Below the pieces are notes generated by a model. It ran no database searches. It saw only the letters and a program-made list of their open reading frames with translations, and was not told where the DNA came from. A stretch of DNA of 64,000 nt, from the NCBI GenBank assembly GCA_963657885.1, contig CAVKNZ010000002.1, positions 3,775-67,774 on the forward strand. The letters run 5' to 3'. Positions 48,883 to 58,323 of this stretch are shown piece by piece. The position numbers and the translations under genes were made by a program. How positions within the stretch are numbered: the first letter of the stretch is position 1; every line of letters begins with the position of its first letter. The DNA is from Bacteroidaceae bacterium (GTDB lineage Bacteria > Bacillota_I > Bacilli_A > RFN20 > CAG-826).

Positions 48883-49927
48883 TTGTTACGACTACACTTT
48901 AGCTAAATTAGAAGAGTTGCTAATTAACAATTATGGCCAAAAGAAATATCGGGCGAGCCAATTATTCTCTTGGATTTATAAAAAAGAAGTAACTGATTTT
49001 TCTTTGATGAGTGATGTTGCCATCTCTTTTAGAGATGTTTTAAAAAATGATTTCTGCCTCGATTTACCAAAAATTTATCAAAAACAGGTAAGCGACGATG
49101 GCACGATTAAACTCCTTTTAGAACTTAATGATGGCAGTAAAATTGAGACTGCGATGCTTCCATATAATTATGGTAATGCCATCTGCGTCACTAGCGAAGT
49201 TGGCTGCTCTATGTCTTGCGCTTTCTGCGCTTCAGGACTATTAAAGAAAAAAAGAAATTTGACAGTTTCAGAAATGGTAGGGCAAGTTCTTGTCGTCAAT
49301 TCTTTGCTCAAAGAAAAAGGTGAAAAAATAACTCATGTCGTGGTCATGGGGACTGGCGAACCGTTTGATAATTATGATAACGTATTGGACTTTGTGCGCA
49401 TTATTAACGATCCTAAGGCTTTAGAAATCGGCGCTAGACATATCACAATTTCTACCTGTGGATTAGTTCCTGGAATCTTAAGATACGCCGATGAAGGATT
49501 ACAAACTAATTTAGCCATCTCTTTGCATGCGAGTAACGACGAGTTAAGAAATTCGCTCATGCCAATAAATAAGGTTTACCCTTTAAAAGAACTTTTAAAC
49601 GCGATTAAATATTATCAAGAGCACGCTTCACGTCGCGTAACTTTTGAATACATTCTTCTAAAAGGAGTCAATGACTCATTAGAAAATGCAAAAGAGCTAG
49701 CTGATTTAATCGACAATAACCTCACTTATATTGTGAATTTAATTCCATATAATGCAGTTAAAGAGAAAGATTTTGCTAGAAGCGATGATAAAACTGTTCA
49801 TGCTTTCTTCTCTTATTTAAAGAAAAGACATATCAATGTCACGATAAGGAAGGAATTTGGAAAAGATATCGATGCTGCTTGCGGGCAACTTAGAGCAAAG
49901 GAATATTATGCTTCAAAAAAACATTAG
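48875..49927 (+). CDS. rlmN: 23S rRNA/tRNA (adenine-C2)-methyltransferase, radical SAM
   Basis: CSMSCAFCASG radical-SAM cluster motif, 350 aa. Confidence 0.95.
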   Translation: MINCYDYTLAKLEELLINNYGQKKYRASQLFSWIYKKEVTDFSLMSDVAISFRDVLKNDFCLDLPKIYQKQVSDDGTIKLLLELNDGSKIETAMLPYNYGNAICVTSEVGCSMSCAFCASGLLKKKRNLTVSEMVGQVLVVNSLLKEKGEKITHVVVMGTGEPFDNYDNVLDFVRIINDPKALEIGARHITISTCGLVPGILRYADEGLQTNLAISLHASNDELRNSLMPINKVYPLKELLNAIKYYQEHASRRVTFEYILLKGVNDSLENAKELADLIDNNLTYIVNLIPYNAVKEKDFARSDDKTVHAFFSYLKKRHINVTIRKEFGKDIDAACGQLRAKEYYASKKH

Positions 49928-50675
49928 AGGACAATTTGCTAGCAAAACGGATATTGGTCGAGTTCGCATAACTAACGAAGACCAAGCGTTTTCTTTGATA
50001 AATGCCTCAGGAAATATTCTTTTAGGTGTCTGCGATGGTATGGGCGGTCATAACAAAGGTGATTACGCTTCTAGAATTGCGAAAGAGACGATTATTGAAG
50101 AATTTAGAAATAAAAATGGCTTTTTAAATAAATGGAGTGCGAAATATTGGCTATCCCATGTCGTTAAAAAAGTTAATACACGCATTTACAACGAAGCCTA
50201 CACTAATCCTGAATATAAAGACATGGGAACAACTCTTGTCATGGCTCTACTTTATAAAGATTTAATTTTCATTGTTAATATTGGCGATAGTCGCGCATAT
50301 TGGGTTAGATATAACGATTTAAAACAGTTAACTGAAGATCAAACATATGTTGAATATTTATATAAGACAGGCAAAATTAGCTACGAACAAACAAAAACAA
50401 GCGCTGAACGTCATATTTTAATGAATGCATTAGGAACTTTTCCTTCTGTGAGTTTTAAAATTATAACTTTGCAAAATTTGAAGAATCCAATTTTGCTTTG
50501 CTCTGATGGGCTATATAACAATGCGACCAATCAAGAGATTCATTCAGCTTTAAGAACTGATGAAAGAATCGAACAAAAAATCGATACATTAATTGCCATT
50601 GCAAATTCCAATGGCGGATCCGATAATATCGCTATTTCCTATTTTGAGGTCAGTAAAGATGATAAAGATTGGTGA
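49908..50675 (+). CDS. PP2C-family Ser/Thr phosphatase (Stp/PrpC)
   Basis: RITNEDQ, DGMGGH and GGSDNI motifs. ATG 49908 overlaps the rlmN end. Confidence 0.9.
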   Translation: MLQKNIRGQFASKTDIGRVRITNEDQAFSLINASGNILLGVCDGMGGHNKGDYASRIAKETIIEEFRNKNGFLNKWSAKYWLSHVVKKVNTRIYNEAYTNPEYKDMGTTLVMALLYKDLIFIVNIGDSRAYWVRYNDLKQLTEDQTYVEYLYKTGKISYEQTKTSAERHILMNALGTFPSVSFKIITLQNLKNPILLCSDGLYNNATNQEIHSALRTDERIEQKIDTLIAIANSNGGSDNIAISYFEVSKDDKDW

Positions 50676-51537
50676 GCGAATTGATAACCGTTATAGAATT
50701 ACTGGCCGCATCGGAACTGGTGGAATGGCTGAAGTTTTTGAAGCTACTGATTTCATTTTGAAAAAGACGGTTGCTATTAAGGTGATGCGCGAAGAATTGC
50801 TTGATAATAGTGAAAACGTATTGCGTTTTGAACGCGAAGCTACTTCATGCGCGGCAATGAACCATCCTAATATTATTCATGTCTATGCTCGTGGAGAAGT
50901 CGATTCTCGTCCATACATGGCTTATGAATACATCAAAGGTCAGACTCTCGCGGAAAGATTAGAATTTTTAACTAAATTGACTGTCTATGAATGTTGTCAG
51001 ATTATGTGTCAACTTCTCGATGCAGTAAGCTATATTCATCAGCATGGCATCATTCATCGCGATATTAAACCGCAGAACATTTTTTATCTGCCAGATGGCA
51101 CGATTAAACTTGCTGACTTTGGCATCGCGGTGGACGCAAATTTAAATGAAACGAAGACTGAAAAAGGCATTTTAGGTTCGGTATTTTATTTAGCTCCTGA
51201 AATTTGTGAAGGAAAACCTCCAACCATTCAAAGTGATATTTATTCTCTTGGTGTCACTTTCTTTGAAATTTTAACAGGAAGGCTTCCTTATGAAGAAGGC
51301 CACGCCGTCGATATTGCTATATCGCATATTAAAAAACCTTTCCCTAGCACATTAAAATACTCACCTAATGTGCCAAAAGAAATTGATAGAATCGTGCTTA
51401 AAGCTTGCAAGAAGCAACCTAAAGATCGTTATAAAAGTGCAGATGAAATGCTTTCAGCGGTTAAAAAAGCCATGGAAAACCGCGACAATTTCAAAGAGAA
51501 AAAAGGAATTATTCGTCGCATTTTTGGTTTTAAATAA
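50659..51537 (+). CDS. Hanks-type Ser/Thr protein kinase, kinase domain only
   Basis: GTGGMAEV...AIK, HRDIKPQN, DFGIA. 292 aa with no TM or PASTA region. Confidence 0.9.
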   Translation: MIKIGERIDNRYRITGRIGTGGMAEVFEATDFILKKTVAIKVMREELLDNSENVLRFEREATSCAAMNHPNIIHVYARGEVDSRPYMAYEYIKGQTLAERLEFLTKLTVYECCQIMCQLLDAVSYIHQHGIIHRDIKPQNIFYLPDGTIKLADFGIAVDANLNETKTEKGILGSVFYLAPEICEGKPPTIQSDIYSLGVTFFEILTGRLPYEEGHAVDIAISHIKKPFPSTLKYSPNVPKEIDRIVLKACKKQPKDRYKSADEMLSAVKKAMENRDNFKEKKGIIRRIFGFK

Positions 51538-52397
51538 TGGAAGGAAAAATTGTTGCTAATTTAGGAAATAATTACACCTTATTTAGCGATGGAATTTATT
51601 ACACTGTTTCGCCTCGAGGCTCTTTCCGTTATAAAGGGATAAAACCTTTAGTGGGTGATGAAATTATTGTTGACGATGACACTTTTTCAATAATTGAAAT
51701 TAAAGAAAGAAAAAACGCTTTTATTCGACCAAAAGTAGCAAATATCGATCAAATATTTTTAATTTTTTCGCTTAAAGAACCAGATCTTTCAGTTGAACTT
51801 TTATACAAATATTTAACATACATTAGAATGAATGACACGAAAGCGATAGTTGTTTTTTCTAAGGATGATTTAGTCTCTAATTTAGCTCATGTAGAAGCTC
51901 TTCAAATTGACTTAGAAAAAATTGGTATTCAATCCTTTCTTGTTGGCAAGAACGATTTAGCAGCGATAAGTAAAATAAAAGAACTTCTCAAAGATAAAGT
52001 TAGTTTATTCATGGGTCAAACCGGCGTTGGAAAATCTTCTTTAATTAATCTTTTGGATGATTCTTTTAAAAGAAAAGTAGGGGAATATTCACTTGCTCTT
52101 GGACGTGGAAAACACCAAACTAAAGAAGTTATTTTATTTCCATATTTGAATGGCTTTATTGGTGATACACCAGGATTTTCATCTTTGGATTTAAATATGT
52201 TTAAAGAAGATCTTGCTCAATTTTATCCAGGATTTAACTCTTTTAATGAATGCTATTATTCTAATTGCCTTCATCAAAACGAGAAGGATTGTGCGATAAA
52301 AAAGAAACTTGAAAGTGGTATTATCTCTATGGAAAGTTATAGAATTTATTTGAAGATATTGCTTGAGCTTCCATATAGGAAGGAAAGGTTTAAATGA
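51537..52397 (+). CDS. rsgA: ribosome small-subunit-dependent GTPase A
   Basis: GQTGVGKSSLIN, circularly permuted GTPase layout, C-terminal Cys/His zinc motif. Confidence 0.9.
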   Translation: MEGKIVANLGNNYTLFSDGIYYTVSPRGSFRYKGIKPLVGDEIIVDDDTFSIIEIKERKNAFIRPKVANIDQIFLIFSLKEPDLSVELLYKYLTYIRMNDTKAIVVFSKDDLVSNLAHVEALQIDLEKIGIQSFLVGKNDLAAISKIKELLKDKVSLFMGQTGVGKSSLINLLDDSFKRKVGEYSLALGRGKHQTKEVILFPYLNGFIGDTPGFSSLDLNMFKEDLAQFYPGFNSFNECYYSNCLHQNEKDCAIKKKLESGIISMESYRIYLKILLELPYRKERFK

Positions 52398-53053
52398 TTA
52401 TGAAAGATATTGTCTCCCCATCTCTATTAGCCGCGGATAAAAATAAACTTGACCAAGAGATTCGTCTAATGCAATCTTTAGGCGCAGAATGGATTCACTG
52501 GGATGTGATGGATGGAAAATTTGTTCCTAACACATCTTATAGCGATGCTGATGTAGCTAAATATTCGCATATCCATAAAATGGTTAATGATGTTCATATC
52601 ATGGTCGCTGACCCGATGAATGTTGCTCCATTATTTATAAAAGCTGGCGCGGATATACTAACTTTTCATGTTGAAGCTCTTGAATGTCCTAAATGCATTG
52701 CTAAATTAATCAATAAAATTCATGAAGCTAATGTAAAAGTTGGCATTTCTATAAAACCTAAAACTAAAGTTAAAGAAGTTGTCCCTTTTTTAGATAAGAT
52801 TGATGTCGTGCTTGTCATGAGCGTTGAGCCTGGTCTTGGGGGACAAAAATTTATGCCTATGGCTTTACGCAAAATTAAAAAGCTTCGAAAAATTATTGAT
52901 AAAAATGGTTATAACTGTTTGATTGAAGTTGACGGAGGAATCAACGATATAACTGGCAAAAAAAGCCGCGAAAAAGGCGCGGATGTGCTTGTCGCAGGCT
53001 CATATTTATTCGGCCACGATGATATAAAAAAGAGATTTGAAAGTTTAAAATGA
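52394..53053 (+). CDS. rpe: ribulose-phosphate 3-epimerase
   Basis: SPSLLAAD, HWDVMDG, VMSVEPGLGGQ and VDGG motifs. Confidence 0.95.
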   Translation: MIMKDIVSPSLLAADKNKLDQEIRLMQSLGAEWIHWDVMDGKFVPNTSYSDADVAKYSHIHKMVNDVHIMVADPMNVAPLFIKAGADILTFHVEALECPKCIAKLINKIHEANVKVGISIKPKTKVKEVVPFLDKIDVVLVMSVEPGLGGQKFMPMALRKIKKLRKIIDKNGYNCLIEVDGGINDITGKKSREKGADVLVAGSYLFGHDDIKKRFESLK

Positions 53054-53730
53054 TTGAATTTAATTTAATTTGGATTTTGCTATTTATTATCTATATTCTT
53101 TCTTTTATCGCGGTTATGCTTTTTTCCTTTTTCTTTAAAGATAAAGAGAATAAACAGCCTTTTTCATTTTTTAATTGTTTTCCTTTTGAATATTTTTCAA
53201 ATCGAAAACTAGATCCTTTGCTTTATGTCTTTTCATTCATTTCTTTTTGTCCATTGTTTTTAATTATTCCCACGTTTGGTGAAATGGGCAATTTAGCTAT
53301 TTTTAATTTATTCATCGCCTGCTTTTTTGGTTTAGCTGGCATTACTTTTACTTTTGTAAGCAAGGTTTCGACAACTTATTTAAAAACGCATTTTAAACTG
53401 GCTACCCTTCTATTTGCTTTTGCATTTTTATTAAGTGCTTTAGTAAGTTTACATTTCTTTTTAGATTATGAAGTTTATTCTCATATTGCTTCTAACGGAA
53501 TGCTTTATCTACTTCTTGGGATTTTATCCGCCCTTTTCGCTTTAGGAATGCTAGTTTTATTATTCAATCCTAAACTGAAAGACTGGTATAAGCTTGATAG
53601 TAGAAGCGTTGATGGCGACACCATTTATAGCCGTCAGAAATTTGTGAGTTTAGCCTACACTGAATGGCTTTCAATATTGATTATCTTTTTAAGTGAAGTT
53701 CTCTTCTTTATTTCTTTATTAAAGATATAA
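53050..53730 (+). CDS. hypothetical polytopic membrane protein
   Basis: 226 aa with about 6 hydrophobic helices. ATGA overlap with rpe. Confidence 0.6.
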   Translation: MIEFNLIWILLFIIYILSFIAVMLFSFFFKDKENKQPFSFFNCFPFEYFSNRKLDPLLYVFSFISFCPLFLIIPTFGEMGNLAIFNLFIACFFGLAGITFTFVSKVSTTYLKTHFKLATLLFAFAFLLSALVSLHFFLDYEVYSHIASNGMLYLLLGILSALFALGMLVLLFNPKLKDWYKLDSRSVDGDTIYSRQKFVSLAYTEWLSILIIFLSEVLFFISLLKI

Positions 53731-53750
53731 AAAAAGACCCCGTAGGATCT
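53729..53750 (-). terminator. rpmB terminator (strand-specific)
   Basis: Minus-strand RNA AGAUCC-UACG-GGGUCU (with one G-U pair) followed by U7. The plus-strand version has an A-C mismatch. Confidence 0.6.
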
Positions 53751-53769
53751 ATTTATATTTTAAGCGAGA

Positions 53770-53958
53770 TTATTTAGCTTTTTTAAGAAGCGCACGATGG
53801 GCACGAGCACTCATGCGAAGTGTCACGTTGCGACCATTGATATTGACTCTGTATTTTTGTAAGTTGACATTCCAATCACGTCTTGTAGCAATGTTGCTAT
53901 GAGAACGAGCATTTCCGCTTAATTTGCCAACTCCGCTTATTTCACATACTCTTGACAT
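53770..53958 (-). CDS. rpmB: 50S ribosomal protein L28
   Basis: 62 aa. MSRVCEISGVG...NARSHSN motif, GAGGT SD. Confidence 0.95.
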   Translation of the reverse strand: MSRVCEISGVGKLSGNARSHSNIATRRDWNVNLQKYRVNINGRNVTLRMSARAHRALLKKAK

Positions 53959-54061
53959 ATCTTAACCTCACTTTTCTTAAAAATTGCAAGTGCTATTTTA
54001 TCACGGCTTTTCTAATATGTAAACTAAAGTTTTTTTCTCTGAAAATAGGTGGTTTTTAAAG

Positions 54062-54523
54062 TTAATGTTTTGAAAATCTTTCGTAAAATTCTTCTTCGCT
54101 TATTAGATGAGAATAATTTAAGGCGTATTCGTAAATGACACCTTTTTTATCAAAAGCTAAATAATAGGGATGACCATTATTTTTATAGAATAAAAGCATT
54201 TTATGCTTCTTAGAAAATTTTTCATCGATATAGATGATGTCTTTAAAGTAATATTCATAGACTTTTCCCATTTTGACATGAACGATTTTATATTTGTTTA
54301 CCACGTAATAAGTTTGCTTGATGCTCACGATGATTGAAAAGATAGCTAAACCAATGACGATAGGAGTGTAAATGTAAAAGGAAGTATCAAGACTGAACTC
54401 CTCTTTATCAAATCTTTGAAAGCTAAAGAAAAGAATAACTTCAATAATCAAAAACAAACCAGAGAGTAGAAGTATTATCCGTAGACTTGAGATTCTAAGC
54501 TTTTCTTCTTCTTTTTTTGACAT
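54062..54523 (-). CDS. hypothetical membrane protein
   Basis: 153 aa. Two TM helices, then a soluble C-terminal domain. No motif recognised. Confidence 0.55.
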   Translation of the reverse strand: MSKKEEEKLRISSLRIILLLSGLFLIIEVILFFSFQRFDKEEFSLDTSFYIYTPIVIGLAIFSIIVSIKQTYYVVNKYKIVHVKMGKVYEYYFKDIIYIDEKFSKKHKMLLFYKNNGHPYYLAFDKKGVIYEYALNYSHLISEEEFYERFSKH

Positions 54524-54639
54524 GCCTCAATTATATGAAAATATGTAACTGCTTCCAAATGTTTTATTAAAAGAGGGGCTATGTTAAAATACAAGTGAAA
54601 AAAATATATTTTTTCAAATTATTTTATAGGAGAATCGCT

Positions 54640-55767
54640 ATGTCAGAAAAATTAGTTGCGATGATTCTTGCTGGAGGAAAAGGCACTCGCCTTGAGGCGC
54701 TTACTAAAAAGATTGCCAAACCTGCGGTAAGTTTTGGTGCAAAATATCGCATCATCGATTTCCCTTTATCCAACTGCGCGAACTCGGGCATTAATGTTGT
54801 TGGAGTTCTCATGCAGTATGAATCTGTTGCCTTAGATCAATATGTTGGCAATGGGGGTAAATGGGGTCTTAACGGAGTTCGTTCACTTACAACAACTTTA
54901 ACACCTCGGCAGACTGAAGAGGGACTTAATTGGTTTAAAGGTACTGCTGATGCAATATATTGCAACTTAGATTTTCTAGATTCAGTTGATCCTGAATATG
55001 TACTCATCTTATCTGGAGATCACATCTATTCAACAACCTATGATGAAATGCTAAAACAGCATGAAGAAAATAACGCCGATTGCACTATTTCGGTTTATCA
55101 AGTGCCAATCGAAGAAGCTTCACGATTCGGCATTTTAGTTACTGATAAGAAGCAACAAATTGTTGAATTTGTGGAAAAGCCTGCTCATCCAACTAGCAAT
55201 TTAGCGAGCATGGGAATTTATATATTCAAATATAAAGTTTTGAAAAAATATTTAATTGAAGATGCGAAAAACGAGAAATCATCGCACGATTTTGGCAAAA
55301 ACATCATCCCGATGATGCTAGAAGATAATCGCAAGATGATGGCTTATGTTTATAAAGGCTATTGGAAAGATGTTGGAACGATTTCTTCTTTGCACGAAGC
55401 AAACATGGATTTACTCAAGAAAGATTCCACGCTTGATGAACTCACTAACGGTAATCGCATTTATAGCGAAGACACCAATTCTCATCCTCAATATATCGGC
55501 TCAAATGCTTCGATAAGTGAATCGCTTATTAATCAAGGAGCCATAATTTTAGGACACGTTAAAAAATCGGTTATATCCAATGAAGTGCTAGTTGGAGAAA
55601 ATGCAGTTGTTGAAAATTCAGTTTTGATGACTGGCGCGATCATCCGTGATGGAGCGATAGTTAAAAACGCTGTCGTCGCTCCTAATTCAATCGTTTTTGA
55701 AAACGATGTCATCGATTCAGATGAAGTAACTCTTTACGCGAAAAGGACGGTGAGAAGCCATGAGTAA
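54640..55767 (+). CDS. glgC: glucose-1-phosphate adenylyltransferase
   Basis: ILAGGKGTRL, FGILV and left-handed beta-helix C-terminus. AGGAGA SD before ATG 54640. Confidence 0.93.
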   Translation: MSEKLVAMILAGGKGTRLEALTKKIAKPAVSFGAKYRIIDFPLSNCANSGINVVGVLMQYESVALDQYVGNGGKWGLNGVRSLTTTLTPRQTEEGLNWFKGTADAIYCNLDFLDSVDPEYVLILSGDHIYSTTYDEMLKQHEENNADCTISVYQVPIEEASRFGILVTDKKQQIVEFVEKPAHPTSNLASMGIYIFKYKVLKKYLIEDAKNEKSSHDFGKNIIPMMLEDNRKMMAYVYKGYWKDVGTISSLHEANMDLLKKDSTLDELTNGNRIYSEDTNSHPQYIGSNASISESLINQGAIILGHVKKSVISNEVLVGENAVVENSVLMTGAIIRDGAIVKNAVVAPNSIVFENDVIDSDEVTLYAKRTVRSHE

Positions 55768-56893
55768 GAAAACTATTGGATTTTTAAATTTATATAATTC
55801 ACCTAATTTAGGACCTTTAACAGAAAAAAGAACTCTTGGTTCTACATCTTTCTTAGGACGATTTGCGTTGATGGATTTCCCATTATCTTGCTTTACTAAT
55901 TCCGGAATCGATGGAATCAATATTCTTGTTAAGGACAATTTCCGAAGCGTTTCAAAGCATGTTGGCTCACTTAAAGCCTGGGTAAATAACACTAAACGTG
56001 ACATGCAAAATATCTTATTGAACGAAAAAGGCATTCGTAATCCTAAAGACAATACTGACTTAAAATGTCTTTTGCAAAATGACTGGGTGCTTCTTGAAAA
56101 TAAACCTGATGCCATCATCGTTATGAGCGCTCATATCCTCACTCAACTAGATTTAAGACCGATAATTGAAGAACATTTTGAAGAAGAACGTGATATTACT
56201 CTAGTTTATAAAAGCATCGATAACGCCGATGAATCTTTTTCTACGAGCAATGTCGTGAAAATTAAAGATGGTCTTATTAGTTCATACAAAAAGAACAACA
56301 TGAAAGTTAAAAAAGCTAATGTATCTTTAGAAACTTACATCATTTCTATGAACGCATTGCAGATGATATTCCATAACAAAGAATACATGAAACTGAATTC
56401 TTTGAAGAAAGTCATCGAAAAGATTGTTTCTTCTAAAGCAATGAAAGTACATGCTTATGAATATAAAGGTTATGCTAGATGCTTCGATAGTTTTAAGCAC
56501 TTTGTTGATTATTCTTTTGAACTTTTAAACTATAACGTATCGAAAACCTTATTTGGAAAAACTACAGATAAAGATGCGTGGCCAATTTACACTTTAACCC
56601 ATAATACGCCTCCGACTTTGTATGGTGAAAAGGCAAAAGTGAAAAATTCTTTCATCGCCAATGGAGCCTTAATTGAAGGAACGGTCGAAAATTCGATTAT
56701 TTCTCGTTATGTGACCGTTGCCAAAGGAGCGGTTGTAAAAAATTCAATCATTCTAACTGGAAGCGTTATCGATAAAGGCGCGAAAGTTAATAATGTAGTT
56801 ATCGATAAATATTCGACAATTTCTCAAAAAGTTGTTGTTGAAGGTAAAAAAGATAGTCCGCTTTACTTAGAGCAAGGTAGCTTACTTAAATGA
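55760..56893 (+). CDS. glgD: glucose-1-phosphate adenylyltransferase regulatory subunit GlgD
   Basis: GlgC paralog lacking the GGxGxRL motif. 8-nt overlap with glgC. Confidence 0.85.
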   Translation: MSKKTIGFLNLYNSPNLGPLTEKRTLGSTSFLGRFALMDFPLSCFTNSGIDGINILVKDNFRSVSKHVGSLKAWVNNTKRDMQNILLNEKGIRNPKDNTDLKCLLQNDWVLLENKPDAIIVMSAHILTQLDLRPIIEEHFEEERDITLVYKSIDNADESFSTSNVVKIKDGLISSYKKNNMKVKKANVSLETYIISMNALQMIFHNKEYMKLNSLKKVIEKIVSSKAMKVHAYEYKGYARCFDSFKHFVDYSFELLNYNVSKTLFGKTTDKDAWPIYTLTHNTPPTLYGEKAKVKNSFIANGALIEGTVENSIISRYVTVAKGAVVKNSIILTGSVIDKGAKVNNVVIDKYSTISQKVVVEGKKDSPLYLEQGSLLK

Positions 56894-58323
56894 AAATAGC
56901 GATGATTACTAGCGAAGCTAATCCACTTTCTAAAAGCGGTGGTTTAGCTGATGTCACTTTTTCTCTTTCTCGCGAACTCAATAAATTTAATCACGAAACT
57001 ATCATCGTCACCCCTTTTTATAAATCGGTTAAAAATAAGCCTTATAAATTTGACTACATTGGTTATTTTTATGTCGATATGTCGTGGAGACATCAATATG
57101 TTGGCGTTTTTAAAACATATATCGATGGGATTTCCTATTATTTAATCGATAACGAATATTATTTTTTAAGAGATTCATTATATGGCTACGATGATGATAA
57201 CGAACGTTTTGCCTATTTCTCTTTAGCTTCGATTGAACTTTTGAAATATATTTCTTTTAATGCTGATATTGTTCACATTCACGATTGGCAAGGTGGAATG
57301 ATTCCTTGTCTACTTAAAGAACGTTTTTCTTATGATGAATTCTATAAAAATATGAAAACAGTTCTCACGATTCACAACCCCGCTTTTAAAGGATTAATGG
57401 ATCGATATTATCTAGCTAATTATTATGGACTTAGCGATGAATTATATGATTCAGGAAAAGTGCGTTTTGAAGATGCTGTTTCCACTCTTAAAAGCGGAAT
57501 TGTCTACGCCGATAAGATAGTCGCGGTGTCACCAAATCATAGAAATGAATTATTAAATCCGAGTTTTTCTCATGGCCTAGATTCAGTTTTGCGACTTCGT
57601 GAATATGATTTTGTGGGCATTGTAAATGGCATCGATGTTGTTGAATTTAATCCTTCAACCGATCCTAAAATTGCTTCAAATTATTCCTTAAATGATTTCA
57701 CTTCCAAAAAACTTTTAAACAAAAAAGATTTATTTAAATCTTTCAATATGGATTATGTGGAAGGCCCGACATTTGGACTTGTAAGCCGATTAACATATCA
57801 AAAAGGAATAGATTTAATTTTCCAAAACGTCGAATATCTCCTTTATAAAGGAGGAAATCTTTTCATTTTAGGAAGTGGTGAATATAATCTTGAAAGACGA
57901 TTTCAAGAATTCCGCGATAAATTTCCTAATAAAATTGGCTTATATATAGGCTATAATGATATGCTCGCTCATAAGATTTATGGCGGGGCTGACTTCTTTT
58001 TAATGCCTTCATTGTTTGAACCTTGTGGCATTGGCCAACTCGTGGCTCAACGTTATGGAACGCTGCCACTTGTCCGCAATGTCGGAGGCTTATATGACAC
58101 AGTCATTGGCTATGATGGAGTTAATGAAAAAGAAGCGAATGGATTGTCGTTTTTTGACTATTCTGGTTTAGCTTTAGGCGATGCAATTAGACGTGCATTT
58201 GATATCTATTATGATAAGCGTTTACTTAAAGAGCTTCGACTAAACTCTTTAAAACTTGATAGATCTTGGACACAGTCGATGAATGAATATCTTTCTGTTT
58301 ATAAAGGGGCTAGGGAAAAATGA
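56890..58323 (+). CDS. glgA: glycogen synthase (ADP-glucose type)
   Basis: KSGGLADV N-terminal motif, 477 aa. ATGA overlap with glgD. Confidence 0.95.
   Translation: MKIAMITSEANPLSKSGGLADVTFSLSRELNKFNHETIIVTPFYKSVKNKPYKFDYIGYFYVDMSWRHQYVGVFKTYIDGISYYLIDNEYYFLRDSLYGYDDDNERFAYFSLASIELLKYISFNADIVHIHDWQGGMIPCLLKERFSYDEFYKNMKTVLTIHNPAFKGLMDRYYLANYYGLSDELYDSGKVRFEDAVSTLKSGIVYADKIVAVSPNHRNELLNPSFSHGLDSVLRLREYDFVGIVNGIDVVEFNPSTDPKIASNYSLNDFTSKKLLNKKDLFKSFNMDYVEGPTFGLVSRLTYQKGIDLIFQNVEYLLYKGGNLFILGSGEYNLERRFQEFRDKFPNKIGLYIGYNDMLAHKIYGGADFFLMPSLFEPCGIGQLVAQRYGTLPLVRNVGGLYDTVIGYDGVNEKEANGLSFFDYSGLALGDAIRRAFDIYYDKRLLKELRLNSLKLDRSWTQSMNEYLSVYKGAREK

Noticed and set aside
55717-56118. Long antisense ORFs: 133 aa opposite glgC/glgD here, and also 9618-9971 opposite coaD, 26925-27221 opposite the kinase fusion, 6136-6432 opposite maf/rnj, 37700-37900 opposite atpC, and others in the track.
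   Set aside because: Each lies fully inside a well-supported gene on the other strand. None has an SD or promoter, and each translates to a low-complexity or odd composition. These are typical shadow frames created by codon bias of the real gene.
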